A DNA stretch of 63,304 nucleotides, filler included, from Hausera hauseri (Eukaryota), in assembly GCA_046269625.1 (NCBI GenBank). It is 12 parts of 12 records of this genome, joined end to end, with 100 filler letters (N's around TTAATTAATTAA, not from the genome) between each part and the next. Parts side by side here need not be neighbours in the genome. Positions count along the whole stretch, not along the records: positions 1 to 9,106 come from JBJURY010461022.1; positions 9,207 to 16,820 come from JBJURY010004791.1; 10 more parts are not named here. One strand, 5' to 3'. A program made the translations under genes and the position numbers. The notes under the pieces are model-generated. The model saw only the letters and a list, made by a program, of their open reading frames with translations. It was not told where the DNA came from and searched no databases. Shown in pieces: positions 1 to 10,999 of the stretch (position 1 is the stretch's first letter; each line of letters opens with the position of its first letter).

Positions 1-529
1 ATAACAATTTTTCCAGTATGAAAAACATTAACACAGAGTGGATTGAATTCTGTTAGACGTAATGCTGGAAATAATTCGGGTTTATATGAATATAGTACTT
101 TTTTGTGCCAAGTCATTCAGATTGACACTATCAATCAGATTTATACATATAATTATAGACTGAAGTTTTTCTATTTTGATATTTAGCGGTAAATCAGATT
201 CCGCAAAAGTTTTCTAACAACCCATAATACGACAAATACTGCTTGGAAACGTGATGATTTTGTAATCGGCATAATTAAGAATACACTGTCTTGGTTTCCA
301 TTCGTTAAACTGGAGATGTTGGACATGTTTTGCATCCGTTTGCGCCTTATAATTAACTAACATTTTTAAAATATCACACTTATACTTCTATTTATACTTA
401 TTTTCAACCGATCAGAATGCAGCATGTTGATGAAATTTAGTACAAATACACTTCGCAGTTGGAAAGAAATCATTTTTTTCAATGGAATACAAACCGTGCT
501 GTCTTTGATTAGATGTGGACGGCAATGGT

Positions 530-854
530 AAAGTCGTAACTGTCGACCCAAATGAACAAAACGATGGTGCAATAATTGATGATAAAATTATGGATGAAAC
601 TGCTGCAAATGAAACAGACGATACAATTGAAGAAGAGGAATGTCAAACTCCCTTCATAAGCGTATAATTTTATGTTCAATATATTCTATTGAATAATTTA
701 ATAGGACTGTGAAGAGTGTAAAAATGATGCAAGTTCAGATGAGAGCAAAAGAACGTTTAATTATTATGTGGATGAACTAGCAATGATTTATCAGTCTAAA
801 ATCTATGCTACTGAAATTGACACTTATGAAAAGGATTTCGATATTACCTGTTGA
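530..854 (+). CDS. Last exons of an unidentified host gene (acidic C-terminus), partial
   Basis: Open acidic frame DVDGNGKVVTVDPNEQ...EEEECQTPLHK, an AT-rich GT...AG intron-like segment (~662-704), then 49 open codons DCEECKND...DFDITC ending at TGA 852-854. Confidence 0.35.
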
Positions 855-1625
855 AATCGATGCCATTTGTGAGAATTTGCAGTTTTCTCTCAGGCCGTGT
901 CACATGCAAAACTAGCCGTGTAGACTTTGATAATTCGGAAAGGGCTTGTTTCCTGAATCCGGAAAATAAAGAATACTTATCGGCATTGACCAAATAATCA
1001 AAATTGGACCATAAGGTTTCAGTTTGATTAAGTCTTGGATATACGTTTGTCACCGGAGGCGCAGTTGACACATTGTCATTCGACTGGAATGTGAGTTCAT
1101 CGAGTTCTTCATAAATATTTGATTTATCAAGATTTAGTAACGTTCCCATCACCCGATCTCTCTCGAAGTCGTAGAATAAATACCACCTGCCAAATCGTTA
1201 AATCTCGATCCCGAGAAACTCGCACAGAATCACTGTGCAGCTGTAAAATTTTTGATTGGATTATACCCGTTTGAAATTCACAAATCCATGAGTTCATTTT
1301 ATGTTCGGATGCGGCAGCGAATTTCAACTCCGAGACGGATTCAATTAATGGTTTCAAATAAAACACCCATATTGGTTGTTGAGAACGATTTTTAACCATT
1401 TCAACCTGTTGAAATGCGCTTAAGATGCCAACGAGACTCGGTTTTGAAGATGTATTACTCGTATAAATATAAAGATTACCACTGGAAATGACTACATAGT
1501 ACTTGATCCAATGTTTGAATGAAAGCCAATTAATTTTCCGTTCCAAATAACCGGAATATATTACACTTCGATCTTGTAATAAAGTGTGAACTGGTAATTT
1601 GTAAAAAACACTATTTTGCGCTATG
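844..1625 (-). pseudogene. N-terminal PH-domain protein, SH3BP2-like; degenerate copy
   Basis: Reads LPVHTLLQDRSVIYSGYLERK..W.KYYVVISSGNLYIYTSNTSSKP...FAAASEHKMNSWI, a PH-domain pattern resembling the SH3BP2 N-terminus. The apparent start is ATA (ATA GCG CAA) and the frame changes near 1150. Confidence 0.55.
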
Positions 1626-2749
1626 TTTCTGCAGCAATCAAAATAATCTTAAAAACAAAACTACCACTTTTGAAACTCCACCAAAAAAGACTTTTATTTA
1701 AACAACAAAAAATGTCAAATCAAAAATGACGTTTCGCATGCCAATCATCGATTAAGTGAATGTGGGCACAAGATCACCACCCTCGTGGAAAAGTGAGAAC
1801 CATGAAAGGTAAAAGAGACAGAATGAAAAATCGTAAAACGAAAAAGTGTCTGTCAGCTGGTATTAGTGTGAACAAAACGTTGGGTGCCTTCTATTGATTT
1901 TTCCCTGCTATAATGCTGAATGTGACTCCGCGTGTTTTGTCTTTTTTCGGTGTGTCTGCCTGCAGAGTTTGAAGTTGGGGAAAAATTATCTGATTTTGTT
2001 GTCAGTATTGTGTCATGCAAAGACGGGTCAGAAAGAAGAGAAGATAAAGAATGTGAAGGAGGAAGAGAGATTGTTGAAGACGGATGGTTATAGGAATTCA
2101 AGAAGGTATTAGAAGACGGAGGAATGATACAAGGTGTAGTGGCGAATAAAGGAAGAGAGAGAAAGGTTGGAGTAGAAGTTGGAATGGAATTGTGTGAAAG
2201 AGTGGAAGCGGAAGATGAAGCAGAGGTAGTGGTAGAGAAAGGAAGAGAGATGGGGATAGAAGTAAAGAAATGAGGAAGTTGCGAAGTGGAAATGAAAGGA
2301 GTAAAAGGTGATGTGTCAGGAGAGAGGGAAAAAGAAAACGCCGAATATTAGGATGGTGTGGAAGGAAGAGGAGAGAGATATGATAGCACAGAGGTACAAA
2401 ATGAAAGAGAGCAAGAAGATGCAGTAGGCGAAGGGAAGTAGTTGGGAGATGGTGCGCAAGAGTTTGAAATGATGAAAGGGGTAGATGGAGAGGTTGGTGA
2501 AGTCGAAATGCTGTTTGATGGAGGAAGTACTGAAAAACAGAAAGCAGGTTGTTATGAGGGGATGAAAGAGGTGTGAAAAGGCTTGATGGTGCAAAATCGT
2601 ATGGGGAAAAAGAGGCTGAATTGTGAGAAGATATTGAAGTGGAAGTCTTGGGAGAAAACGTAGGGGAAAGTGGATTAAGAAATTGAGAAAAGATGGACGA
2701 TGAATTATTGGATTGCTGCGCGTCGTGTAAAGATGTTTCTGGAGACGTG

Positions 2750-4300
2750 GCTTTGATGGGAGACGTATCGTCAATGAAGAAGGCCGGTTTAGCATTATTG
2801 ATGTGGACGGTTACTTCTTTGTCGTCTTTGTGAATGATGATGTTATGGGAGTGTAAGCGAATCACTTTGTGAGGGCCGACATACTGAGGTTGAAAACCAT
2901 ACGGCGTCTGATTCTTTAGCCAAGCGAGCTTGGCAGTATGTAAATCTTCGGCTATGTAGGGTTTATTTGCGTGTAACAGTCTGCAAAATGAGTCTTTGCT
3001 GATCTCAACGAAGTGTCTCTTTCGTCTGTCGGCGTATTACCCGGCTCAATCAGCTCGAATAATGATCTGATGGACGTGCAAATAATGCTTCTGCAGGTGA
3101 GCAGCCTGTAGAAGTAGATGGTGTGTTCCGCCAGCCAAGCAGAACGTACGGAAGGAGTGTAGTCCAACTGCGATTGGACTCGGCAAGAATTTTGAGAGAC
3201 GTTTTCATTGTTCGGTGAAAGCTTTCGAGAAGGCCGTTCGATTGTGGATCATATGGTGATGTGTTAATGTGGTTAATTCCCAATCGACTGACAAGAGCTT
3301 TAAACAGGTTGGATTCGAACTGTGAACCTTGGTCCGAAATGATGTGGCGAGGTGATCCAAACCTGCTGATCCAAGTGTGGATGAAAACATCCGCTATGGT
3401 TTCTGCGTTAGTGTTCCGAAGCGGGACAGCTTCTGGCCATCGCGAGGAACGGTCCATTATTGTGAGGATGAACTGATGACCGTTGTCTAAAGGTAATGGG
3501 CCTACAATGTCAATGTGGACAGATTCGAAACGAGACGTGCAGAAAAAATGAAATAGTGATGGTTTTAGGTGCTTAGTAACTTTGTATTTTTGGCATGCCA
3601 CACACTGCCTAACCCATGCCTGCACGTCAGAGCGTATTGACGGCCATACTACTTGGCGCTGTATTAGGCGAAAAGTGTCCTTGTCACCAGGATGATGCAA
3701 GGAATGTATGCTGTGGAACGCTTCCTTTTGAAGCGACTCACAAAGAATAATTTTGGGATTATTAGGTTTGGAGGTGTCAAAGGCCACGCCGTCGATGGTT
3801 TTGCAAGATTTAAAAGATTTAAGGATGTCAGGAAATGGCTGGTTTTGCTGAAGTTTGAATTGAGGAAAAATTGGTGTAAAATCAATCGAGCTGACTGATC
3901 GAGACAAAAAGTCAGCTACTAAATTGTCGACTCCGTTTAAATGTTTAATTTGAAAATTAAATGTTGACAAATATTTTATTAGCCTCTCTTGACGTGGAGA
4001 AGGCAATTTCATGGTGAGAATTTGGAGCAAGGGCTTGTGGTCTGTTTGTATTGTGAAAGCTCGTGCAGCTAACAAATGTTTGAAGTGTTTTACGGCAAGG
4101 ATCATTGCAAGCAACTCTCTGTCAAAGGTGGAATATCTTTGCTCTTGTGCTGTGAATTTTCGAGAAAAGAATTCCAATGGCTCATGGGATCAATTTTTGA
4201 CTTAATGGAGGACAGCACCTGCGGCTGTTGGGGATGCGTCCGTGGTTAAGAAGAGTTTTGCATAGAAGTCTGGATAGGCCAGAATTTCCGCAGTTTTTAA
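2750..4300 (-). pseudogene. RNase H + integrase of family A copy 1
   Basis: TDAS, YSTFDRELLA, TDHKPL, N.VAD.LSR; H..HPG..C..C zinc domain; DDE core (DIVGP, SDQG, ESFHRT). Confidence 0.92.
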
Positions 4301-4345
4301 ATTGTCTTTGAAGTGATCGAAAACGTTGACTAGCTTCGCGGTCCA

Positions 4346-5110
4346 TTAAATGGGCTGTTTCTTCTTGCCAGAGCTTAGTGATGCAAATGGAGCGGTTATA
4401 GTGGAACAGTGCGGAACGTACTTATGAATAAAGTGCAAGGTTCCGAGGAAAGAACGCATCTCTGTCGATGTACGTGGTAGTTGTATGCTTTTGAGCTGTG
4501 TTATGCGGTCTGGCTGAAGTAAATGCTCGGAGGAGCTAATAACATGTCCTAGGAAGTTGACCTTAGGTTGAAAAAAGAAGCATTTAAAGAAACTGATTTG
4601 CAAGTTGTTTTGGTGTGAGCGCTGGAAGATTAAGCGTAAGTGTTCAAAGTGTTGTTTGGAGGAAGATGGTGCAATTAAGATATCATCAATATACAGATAA
4701 GTGAAGTCTAAACCTGAGAGAACTGTATGGATATGCCTTTGGAGGGTCTGGGAAGCGCTACGAAGTCCAAAAGGCATAAAAAGGCATTCGAAAAGGCCGA
4801 AAGGTGTAATGACAGCCGTTTTCGGAATGTCTGCTGGGGCCACCGGAATTTGATGGTATGCTTTGTGTAGATCAATGCAGGAAAACATGGTCGAACTATG
4901 GAGCCTGTGAAGGATATCGTTGAATAATGGTAGAGGGTAGGCATCCATTGTTATGGTGTTGAGTTGACGGTAATCATCGCATGGGCGAAAGGTGCCATCT
5001 TTTTTGGAATCACATGCAGTGGTGAAGACCAGGGGATTTGGATCTTCTGATTATTCCTGATTTTTCCAGTTCGAGAAACTCAGCTTCCACTACCTATCTG
5101 CGACGAGGCG
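4346..5110 (-). pseudogene. Reverse transcriptase of family A copy 1
   Basis: DL.KAYHQIPVAP.DIPKTAVITPFGLFE, YIDDILI, KC.F....V.FLGH. Confidence 0.93.
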
Positions 5111-5949
5111 ATAGCGGGCGAACCTTTTGACGCATTGGTCTTTGATGTGCTGTTACCATGTGATGAAGAATGGATTGAGGTGGTACGAATGATTTGTCTT
5201 TTTGCAACAGACGCGTGCAAGAAAACGAAATGTATTGCTGTAGATCAGAAGGCAACGATGAAAAGTTATCCGATGGTGTCGATGTATCGTGACTGGATGC
5301 AATTGTGGTGTGAGTTGCAGACAAGATGTTGTGACTAGGTGGTATTAGGTGCAGGTTGTTCGTGTTGAAGATGGTGTTGGCAGCTTTGCTATTAGTAATA
5401 GGTGCCACGCAGTTGGCGATATCGTATTTGTCACCGTAGAAAAATTTCTGTATAATGAGTGATTATAAAAATAATTCAAATCGGAAGTCGTTTTTCTCAG
5501 TATTGATTTGTTGGAAACGATCACCCGGATGGTCACCGAAATGGTGCTAATTTCATTAAAATTATTTCCGCACTTTAAGGAACATCGTTTGCAATCTACA
5601 AGTAAATTGTATTGGGACAGAAAGTCTGAACCCAATATAGGTGTGCGTATATTGGCTATTGTAAATTCCCATATGAATGTGTTTGGAAAGTGTGGAAGAT
5701 TGAACGTTAATTTGGTAACTCGAAAAATTTGTAAAGGTTCACCGGACGCAGTGGACAGTTGCTTTTTTGAAGTGAAATTTTTTTTGATGTGCTGTGTTGG
5801 TGATTTCTGCGCCGATGTCTGAGGAAATTGGTGTTTTGCTTCGTTGGAATGAGGGCTGCTGCTTCCAACGTGAATACAGCAAAAGAAATGTGTCGGCTAT
5901 CTTTTTGCAAGTTGTTGCCTTTGCTAGGACTTGCCGTATAGGCATTTTT

Positions 5950-7136
5950 GTTCTTTTGTTCCAAATTTTGAGTAACAGATGCAAATGATGTTGCTTGCAT
6001 TAAAATCGGGAGAGTAAAATGTACAACCGATGCAGCATTTCTGCGAATTATTACCAAATTTGTTATGGTAGTAGCAAATAGACGACCGCGCGGGCGAGAG
6101 CGACCATGGTTGTCGTTGATGAAATATATTAGGGAAAGCAGCCTTAGAAAAACTCCTCGAGGCAGCGTTAACTCATTTAATTTCTCGTTTATGTTATTAA
6201 TTGTCTTTTGCAAAATTTCGTTTTCTGTGCGTAATTGCGCAATTTGTTGCTGCAGCAATACATTTTGTTGGTGGTTTGTTGTTAATGCCGCAGAGACAGT
6301 TGGTGCTGTGTGAGTGTAGCACTTCATAGGCTTTGTCCGCCAGTTCGGCTAGCTTTTCCAGCGCCGTGGAGTCTTCGACCACAGTGAGAAAAGCTCTTAT
6401 TTGAAGGGGCAATGCATTTAAAAAGTAACGGCGAAGAAGTTCTGTACTATGTTCAGATGTTACGCCAAGTGTATTGAGGTAAGACAAAGATGTGCGCAAG
6501 AATTCAGAAGGCTTTTGTAGGTCAATGGCGTTGTCGTTGAAGAATCTTTGAATGATTGAGTCGATTGACGGCTCAGGGAGCTTAAGAACGGCATTATACA
6601 GTTGAGTATATGAGTCGGTGTGATGAAGGATGTCGATGATATGGGTAATTTTAGTTTTGATGGAAGCTGTAAATTAAAAGAGGCTGTTGACTTTGGATAA
6701 GGAGTCGACGACGTTTTGCAATTGGAGCCAGAATTGATGCAGTTTTAGCCAAGTTTGAATAGAGTTTTGGCTATCGAGGAAATATTCTGTGCAAGGTGAA
6801 TGAGTGAGGAGCGTGTTGCGTCGAAGTGTTTGGATCACTTTGTTTGGGTAGGTAAGTGATGGAGATCTGTGGTTTGTTCAGTTTGTCCGTGGTATCAATT
6901 GTGGGTGGTGAATCCATGCCACCACGGATACGGAAGTGAATGTGAAGGCAGACAGAAGTTGTAGAAGGTTGGAGGGGTCCAGCGAAAGGCACTACAGATC
7001 CATTGTGTGTGAGGTAGAAGTCAGAGAAGTGAAGAGAAGTGGAAATGATTTTATGGATGGCAACTGTGTTTCCATGTATTACTGTATGTGTGCTAATGTG
7101 TCTGTTGTTTAGAAAAAAAGGACAAGAAGAGGTCAT
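5950..7136 (-). pseudogene. Ubiquitin-like leader (6918-7136) fused to Gag, frameshifted
   Basis: A 73-aa leader ends LHIHFRIRGG and is followed by MDSPP. Downstream are capsid-like FLNALPLQIRAFL...LEKLAELADK and the CHCC knuckle. Confidence 0.8.
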
Positions 7137-7419
7137 GTGGCCGGGGCGTGTCGTGTGGCCAGGGCGTGTCGTTGGGCGGCAACGAACGGTGCCGTCTGAC
7201 TCAATGGTGCAGGGTGGGCGGCCGGGACCTCAGCCTCGCCGCGGCGGATCCCAAATTCCGGGGTAACCGAGGTCCCAGTTTTTTTGCTGTCTTTTGGAGG
7301 ACTTTAATGGGTTCAAGACCGTCTTTGGACTGGTATGCATCAATAAGTCCGGGTTGAATAAATTTGGCATTAACACCATGGACATTGTGACAATGGGTTT
7401 AATAATTGTTTCTCTTTAG

Positions 7420-7790
7420 TTCGACCCGCATATTATGACATTTGAATGTTTCAGTGGAGGCCTCTGCGAAATGATTAAGAACACGGATGTAGAAATGACT
7501 TGGATTTTTAAAGTGTGAAATCCTAAATTTGATGTATCCCTTATTCGGAAAGACAGGTTTATCAACTTCCAGTTGAAGCATATGACTTTGAGGAAATTCA
7601 CCATGCGCTTTTATTTGCAGACACATTTTATTTACACCCTTTGACTTTTCCTTTGCGAAAGAAAGTCAACTGCTTTGTCACTTAACCAATCTGGTCTCTG
7701 ACAGTCACATGGACTTGAAATCAAACGTAAATAATAAGCATTCATTGAATTGAAGTCATTTGGATTCAGAAAGATATAGGAATGATAGAG
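7420..7790 (-). pseudogene. TDRD12: Intronless fragment resembling TDRD12 (helicase C-terminus, Cys motif, start of extended Tudor)
   Basis: VCLQIKAHGE followed by PNKGYIKFRISHFKNPSHFYIRVLNH resembles TDRD12 LCxxLKAFGxC...GYIKI...NASNYFGRI. Confidence 0.45.
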
Positions 7791-8169
7791 AGATGTCTCT
7801 TTAGTTTTGGATTTAGATGCCGGCGAGAATGGGAATTCAGAAGATGTGCCTTTCAGGAGATTCAGTTGTCGACCGAATGCTTCTTCTGTGACGTCGACGT
7901 GAAGCAATGTACGTACATTATACATCGATATCGCAGTTTGTTCAAAAGCCTCGTCCCAAATAATAAAACGGGTATTTTAACGCATCCCTGATATTGATTG
8001 CACTCCTTCGCAATAACACCCAATTCAGGGGCCAAGAGCATTTTATCCCAGCACCAACGATCATAAATAATTGATAAATTATTATCACTGGGCATTAATT
8101 CGATGTGATAATCAGTTATTACAAGATTGATGAATATTACCTTTACGGGGATAGAGGAATAATGCGAAC

Positions 8170-9106
8170 TTGCCTGGCACCAATTATCCGAATCCAACGT
8201 GACGCAACTATTAAAAGCTCCAGCGGCCTTCCTGTACTCTGATGTTTGCCCGTTTCGTTCGATTTCCTCTCGTATTAAAGTTTCCGCTCGCCCGCGATGA
8301 CCCAATCTAATATGACAATCGATAATTATGTGCCATTGATCCCATGGCAAAACAGCTTCGAGTGCATTTTTTACACAGTTTACGTCGAGATAAACGTTGG
8401 CCAAACACAATTGTAATTTCCAAATTGCTAGAATTCGAGCCAACCAAAACTAAGAAAGCCGATCGCCAGCTGATGGAATTGCAATAAACATCGCTCATCG
8501 TTGTGCTGTTTAGGTTTTCTTCAAACAACGGCAGAGCGATGCGTCTATTACAATTGTCCACGTTGATGTTCGTTTGGCTCCATCACTGAGTGCTGCGGAT
8601 ATAATCGAATCACATTGTTCACCGAGCACATCGTCTTTCGGATGGGCTTGGAAATGTAATTGGCATAGGAGAATTAACACAGCTTGTTCAGCAAGTGACG
8701 GATATTCGAATTCCGGCATGTTATTAAATTTGACTTTATCCATTTGTACCTCGTCATCCAAATAATGATAATTTGGCAGAGTTTTTGATCCAGCATCCGC
8801 CAGTGCATCATTGATAGACTTTCTCGAAGCCTTTTCATCTCGATTTACACTGAGATAAAGTCACGATTTATCGTCGTGTTGGAATTTTATCCGCTTACCC
8901 AATGCTCCTTGAAATTGCGTTTTGAAACCCAACAAAACTTGGCAATGATGAAATAATCTCTCAGCTTCTTCGTCTTGATAATTAAATAGCTGCATGTAGG
9001 ATGCCAATGAATGCACTTGAAATTCGTCCAGAACATCGATTGTATTGTCGCCATCGTTTTCTTTCACAAACTTAGCTTTATCGAGACAATAATTAATTTC
9101 ATCTAA
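8170..9106 (-). pseudogene. TTC27: Intronless, frameshifted fragment of TPR protein TTC27
   Basis: GALGKRIKFQ (TTC27 GALGKRTRFQ), W..IIDCH..LG....AETLIREEIE, YRKAAGAFNSCVTLDSDNW (AAKAFQRCVTLEPDN). Several frameshifts and internal deletions. Confidence 0.75.
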
Positions 9107-9206
9107 NNNNNNNNNNNNNNNNNNNNNNNNNNNNNNNNNNNNNNNNNNNNTTAATTAATTAANNNNNNNNNNNNNNNNNNNNNNNNNNNNNNNNNNNNNN
9201 NNNNNN
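9107..9206. other. Artificial contig linker (N44-TTAATTAATTAA-N44); the same linker occurs 11 times
   Basis: An identical 100-nt spacer with stops in all six frames recurs at 16821, 22623, 26853, 31297, 35694, 39895, 45931, 50083, 54390 and 59209. Confidence 0.98.
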
Positions 9207-9691
9207 ACCCATTTTATGGGGTACATCAATTGTATTATGTCGTCGAGTTCCGTTATGTTAGCCCGTTCTTTGGCTGGTATGACTAGCTTTACTTGTAGTT
9301 TTATTGCTCCTTTTGTACGCTCATCATTTTTGTAGTACATCCGTATAGTAAAGGTATAAGTGTCTCCATAATTTACGACACAACATTGTTCTTGTGCTCC
9401 ATATAAAAAATCGCAATGAGTCATTATTCGTTTATTTGCGTTCCACAGAACTACTTTGTATTTTACTGATTTTCTCACGGTTCCGTCCGTCTTAAATAGC
9501 ACACAGCCTCGACTTAGGTCTATACTTTGAACTTTAAAACGATCCAAAGTGTTTAAATCATTTCTTTTTATTCTTATCAATTCATTCTTCATCCATTTGT
9601 TTAACTGTTGTAGAAATCCTCTTTGAGCATTGGCTTTCGAAATAAATGAAGCTATCAGTGATAGTGATAAGACTATCTGTAAATAAGACAT
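9207..9691 (-). CDS. Signal-peptide-bearing domain in frame after integrase (env position), truncated by contig end
   Basis: MSYLQIVLSLSLIASFISKANA hydrophobic leader, RIKR furin-like site (9563-9574), Cys-containing beta-rich region. Confidence 0.55.
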
Positions 9692-9749
9692 GGGTTTAGT
9701 AACTATAGATGAAGTTTTGGTTTTCTTACCTTCTGTTTTCGGGTTCGAT

Positions 9750-10959
9750 TTTGTATCCTTATTACGTAACTGATATCGTTTTTCTGGTCTTATTTCTGTC
9801 TTTAGCACTTGCTGTATTGACACGACTTCTTCCTTTCCGTTTTTACTAATATAAACAGTAGTGGGTGTTACTCTGATAACTTCGTACGGTCCTCTTCCGG
9901 TACACGTAAGTTTTAACGATGTGCCTTTCTTAGCTACGGGATAATGCACATAAACCCAATCTCCGCTTCTTAAGTCATGTGGTTTCGCCTTTTTGTCGTA
10001 TTGATTCTTAAATCCTACTTGATATTATAAAGATAATGTCTTCGCTACTTTCCAACACTTTTGTAGTCTAACTTGTAGAACTTCTACAAAATTTGCTTTT
10101 AGCTCTTCAATGTTTGCTTCATACGGAATCATTCCTAAGTCCGTAGGTAGTGCTGCTTCTCGTCCATACATCATAAAGAAAGGTGTAAAACCTGTCGCGG
10201 AATGCGGTGTTGTATTGATGGCGAATTGTGTGCCTTCTAGAAATTCATCCCAATCCTTCTGATCCTTTGCGACTACGATTGACAGTATTTGTATCACGGT
10301 AGCATTCCATTACACTGGGGATGGTAAGCTTTTGTAGATAGTCTCTCGATTTCGAATATTTTCGTAATTTTGTCGAACAGTTCGCTGGTGAAATTCCTTC
10401 CTCGATCATTTAATATTTGATCGGGCGGACCGTATCTGCAGATAATTTTTCTTAATACGGCTTCAGCTAATGTTTCTGCTTTCTGGTCGTATAACGCTAT
10501 TAATTCTACAAAGTGAGTTAAACGATTGACTTGTGTTAGTATATACTTGTTATTTTTGTGCGTCGTGGGCAGTGATCCTACGATATCCATTGACATGGCC
10601 TGCATTGGTCTGTCCGGTACAGCTATCGGTTTCAATTCTGCTATATAATTTCGCATATTCCTCTGCTTAGTTGCGTATACTTCGCAAGCGCTGACCCAAT
10701 TTTTCACATCAATATATATACTAGGCCAATAATATTTGTTTAACGCTCTCTCTAACGTTTTCTTCCAGGATATGTGTCCTGCTAAATGCGAATCGTGTTC
10801 GGCCATTAATACTTCGGTTCGTAGAATTTTGGGTATAACTACTAACTTTCTTCCTTTTCGTTCATAATACAAAACTTTTTCACTGTCCTTGTTCTCGGAG
10901 ACACAATACTTATGTCTATGTCGTTGTAAATGTTTCCTTAACTGGTGTCCTTTTGGCAT
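9750..10959 (-). pseudogene. Integrase, family B copy 1
   Basis: EHDSHLAGH, KYYWPSI..DVK.WVSAC, MDIVGSLP, AYHPQCNG, WDEFL...QFAINTTPHSATGFTPF. Confidence 0.92.
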
Positions 10960-10999
10960 TACGTCCGTTTTGACATACTCGATGATTTGTTAGATGACT

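Larger units (their letters stand above)
1770..7278 (-). mobile_element. Ty3/Gypsy LTR retrotransposon, CsRn1-like (family A copy 1), decayed; UBL-gag-PR-RT-RH-IN
   Basis: Gag with CHCC knuckle (CYYH..FGNNSQKCCIGC, ~6020-6076); RT (DAYPLP, MPFGL, YIDD) at 4346-4948; RNase H and integrase (HIDIVGPLP, SDQGSQF) at 3050-4177; GPY/F-like tail. Multiple frameshifts and stops. PPT-like GAGGGTGGTGA at 1774-1784. Confidence 0.93.

Noticed and set aside
1853-2795. Several overlapping ORFs on both strands
   Set aside because: They are explained by low-complexity, strand-skewed sequence that lacks stop codons.
9107-9206. Recurrent TTAATTAATTAA motif as a biological repeat
   Set aside because: It is always centred in a fixed 100-nt N spacer, so it is a concatenation linker. 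Synteny across it is meaningless and ORFs containing X are artefacts.
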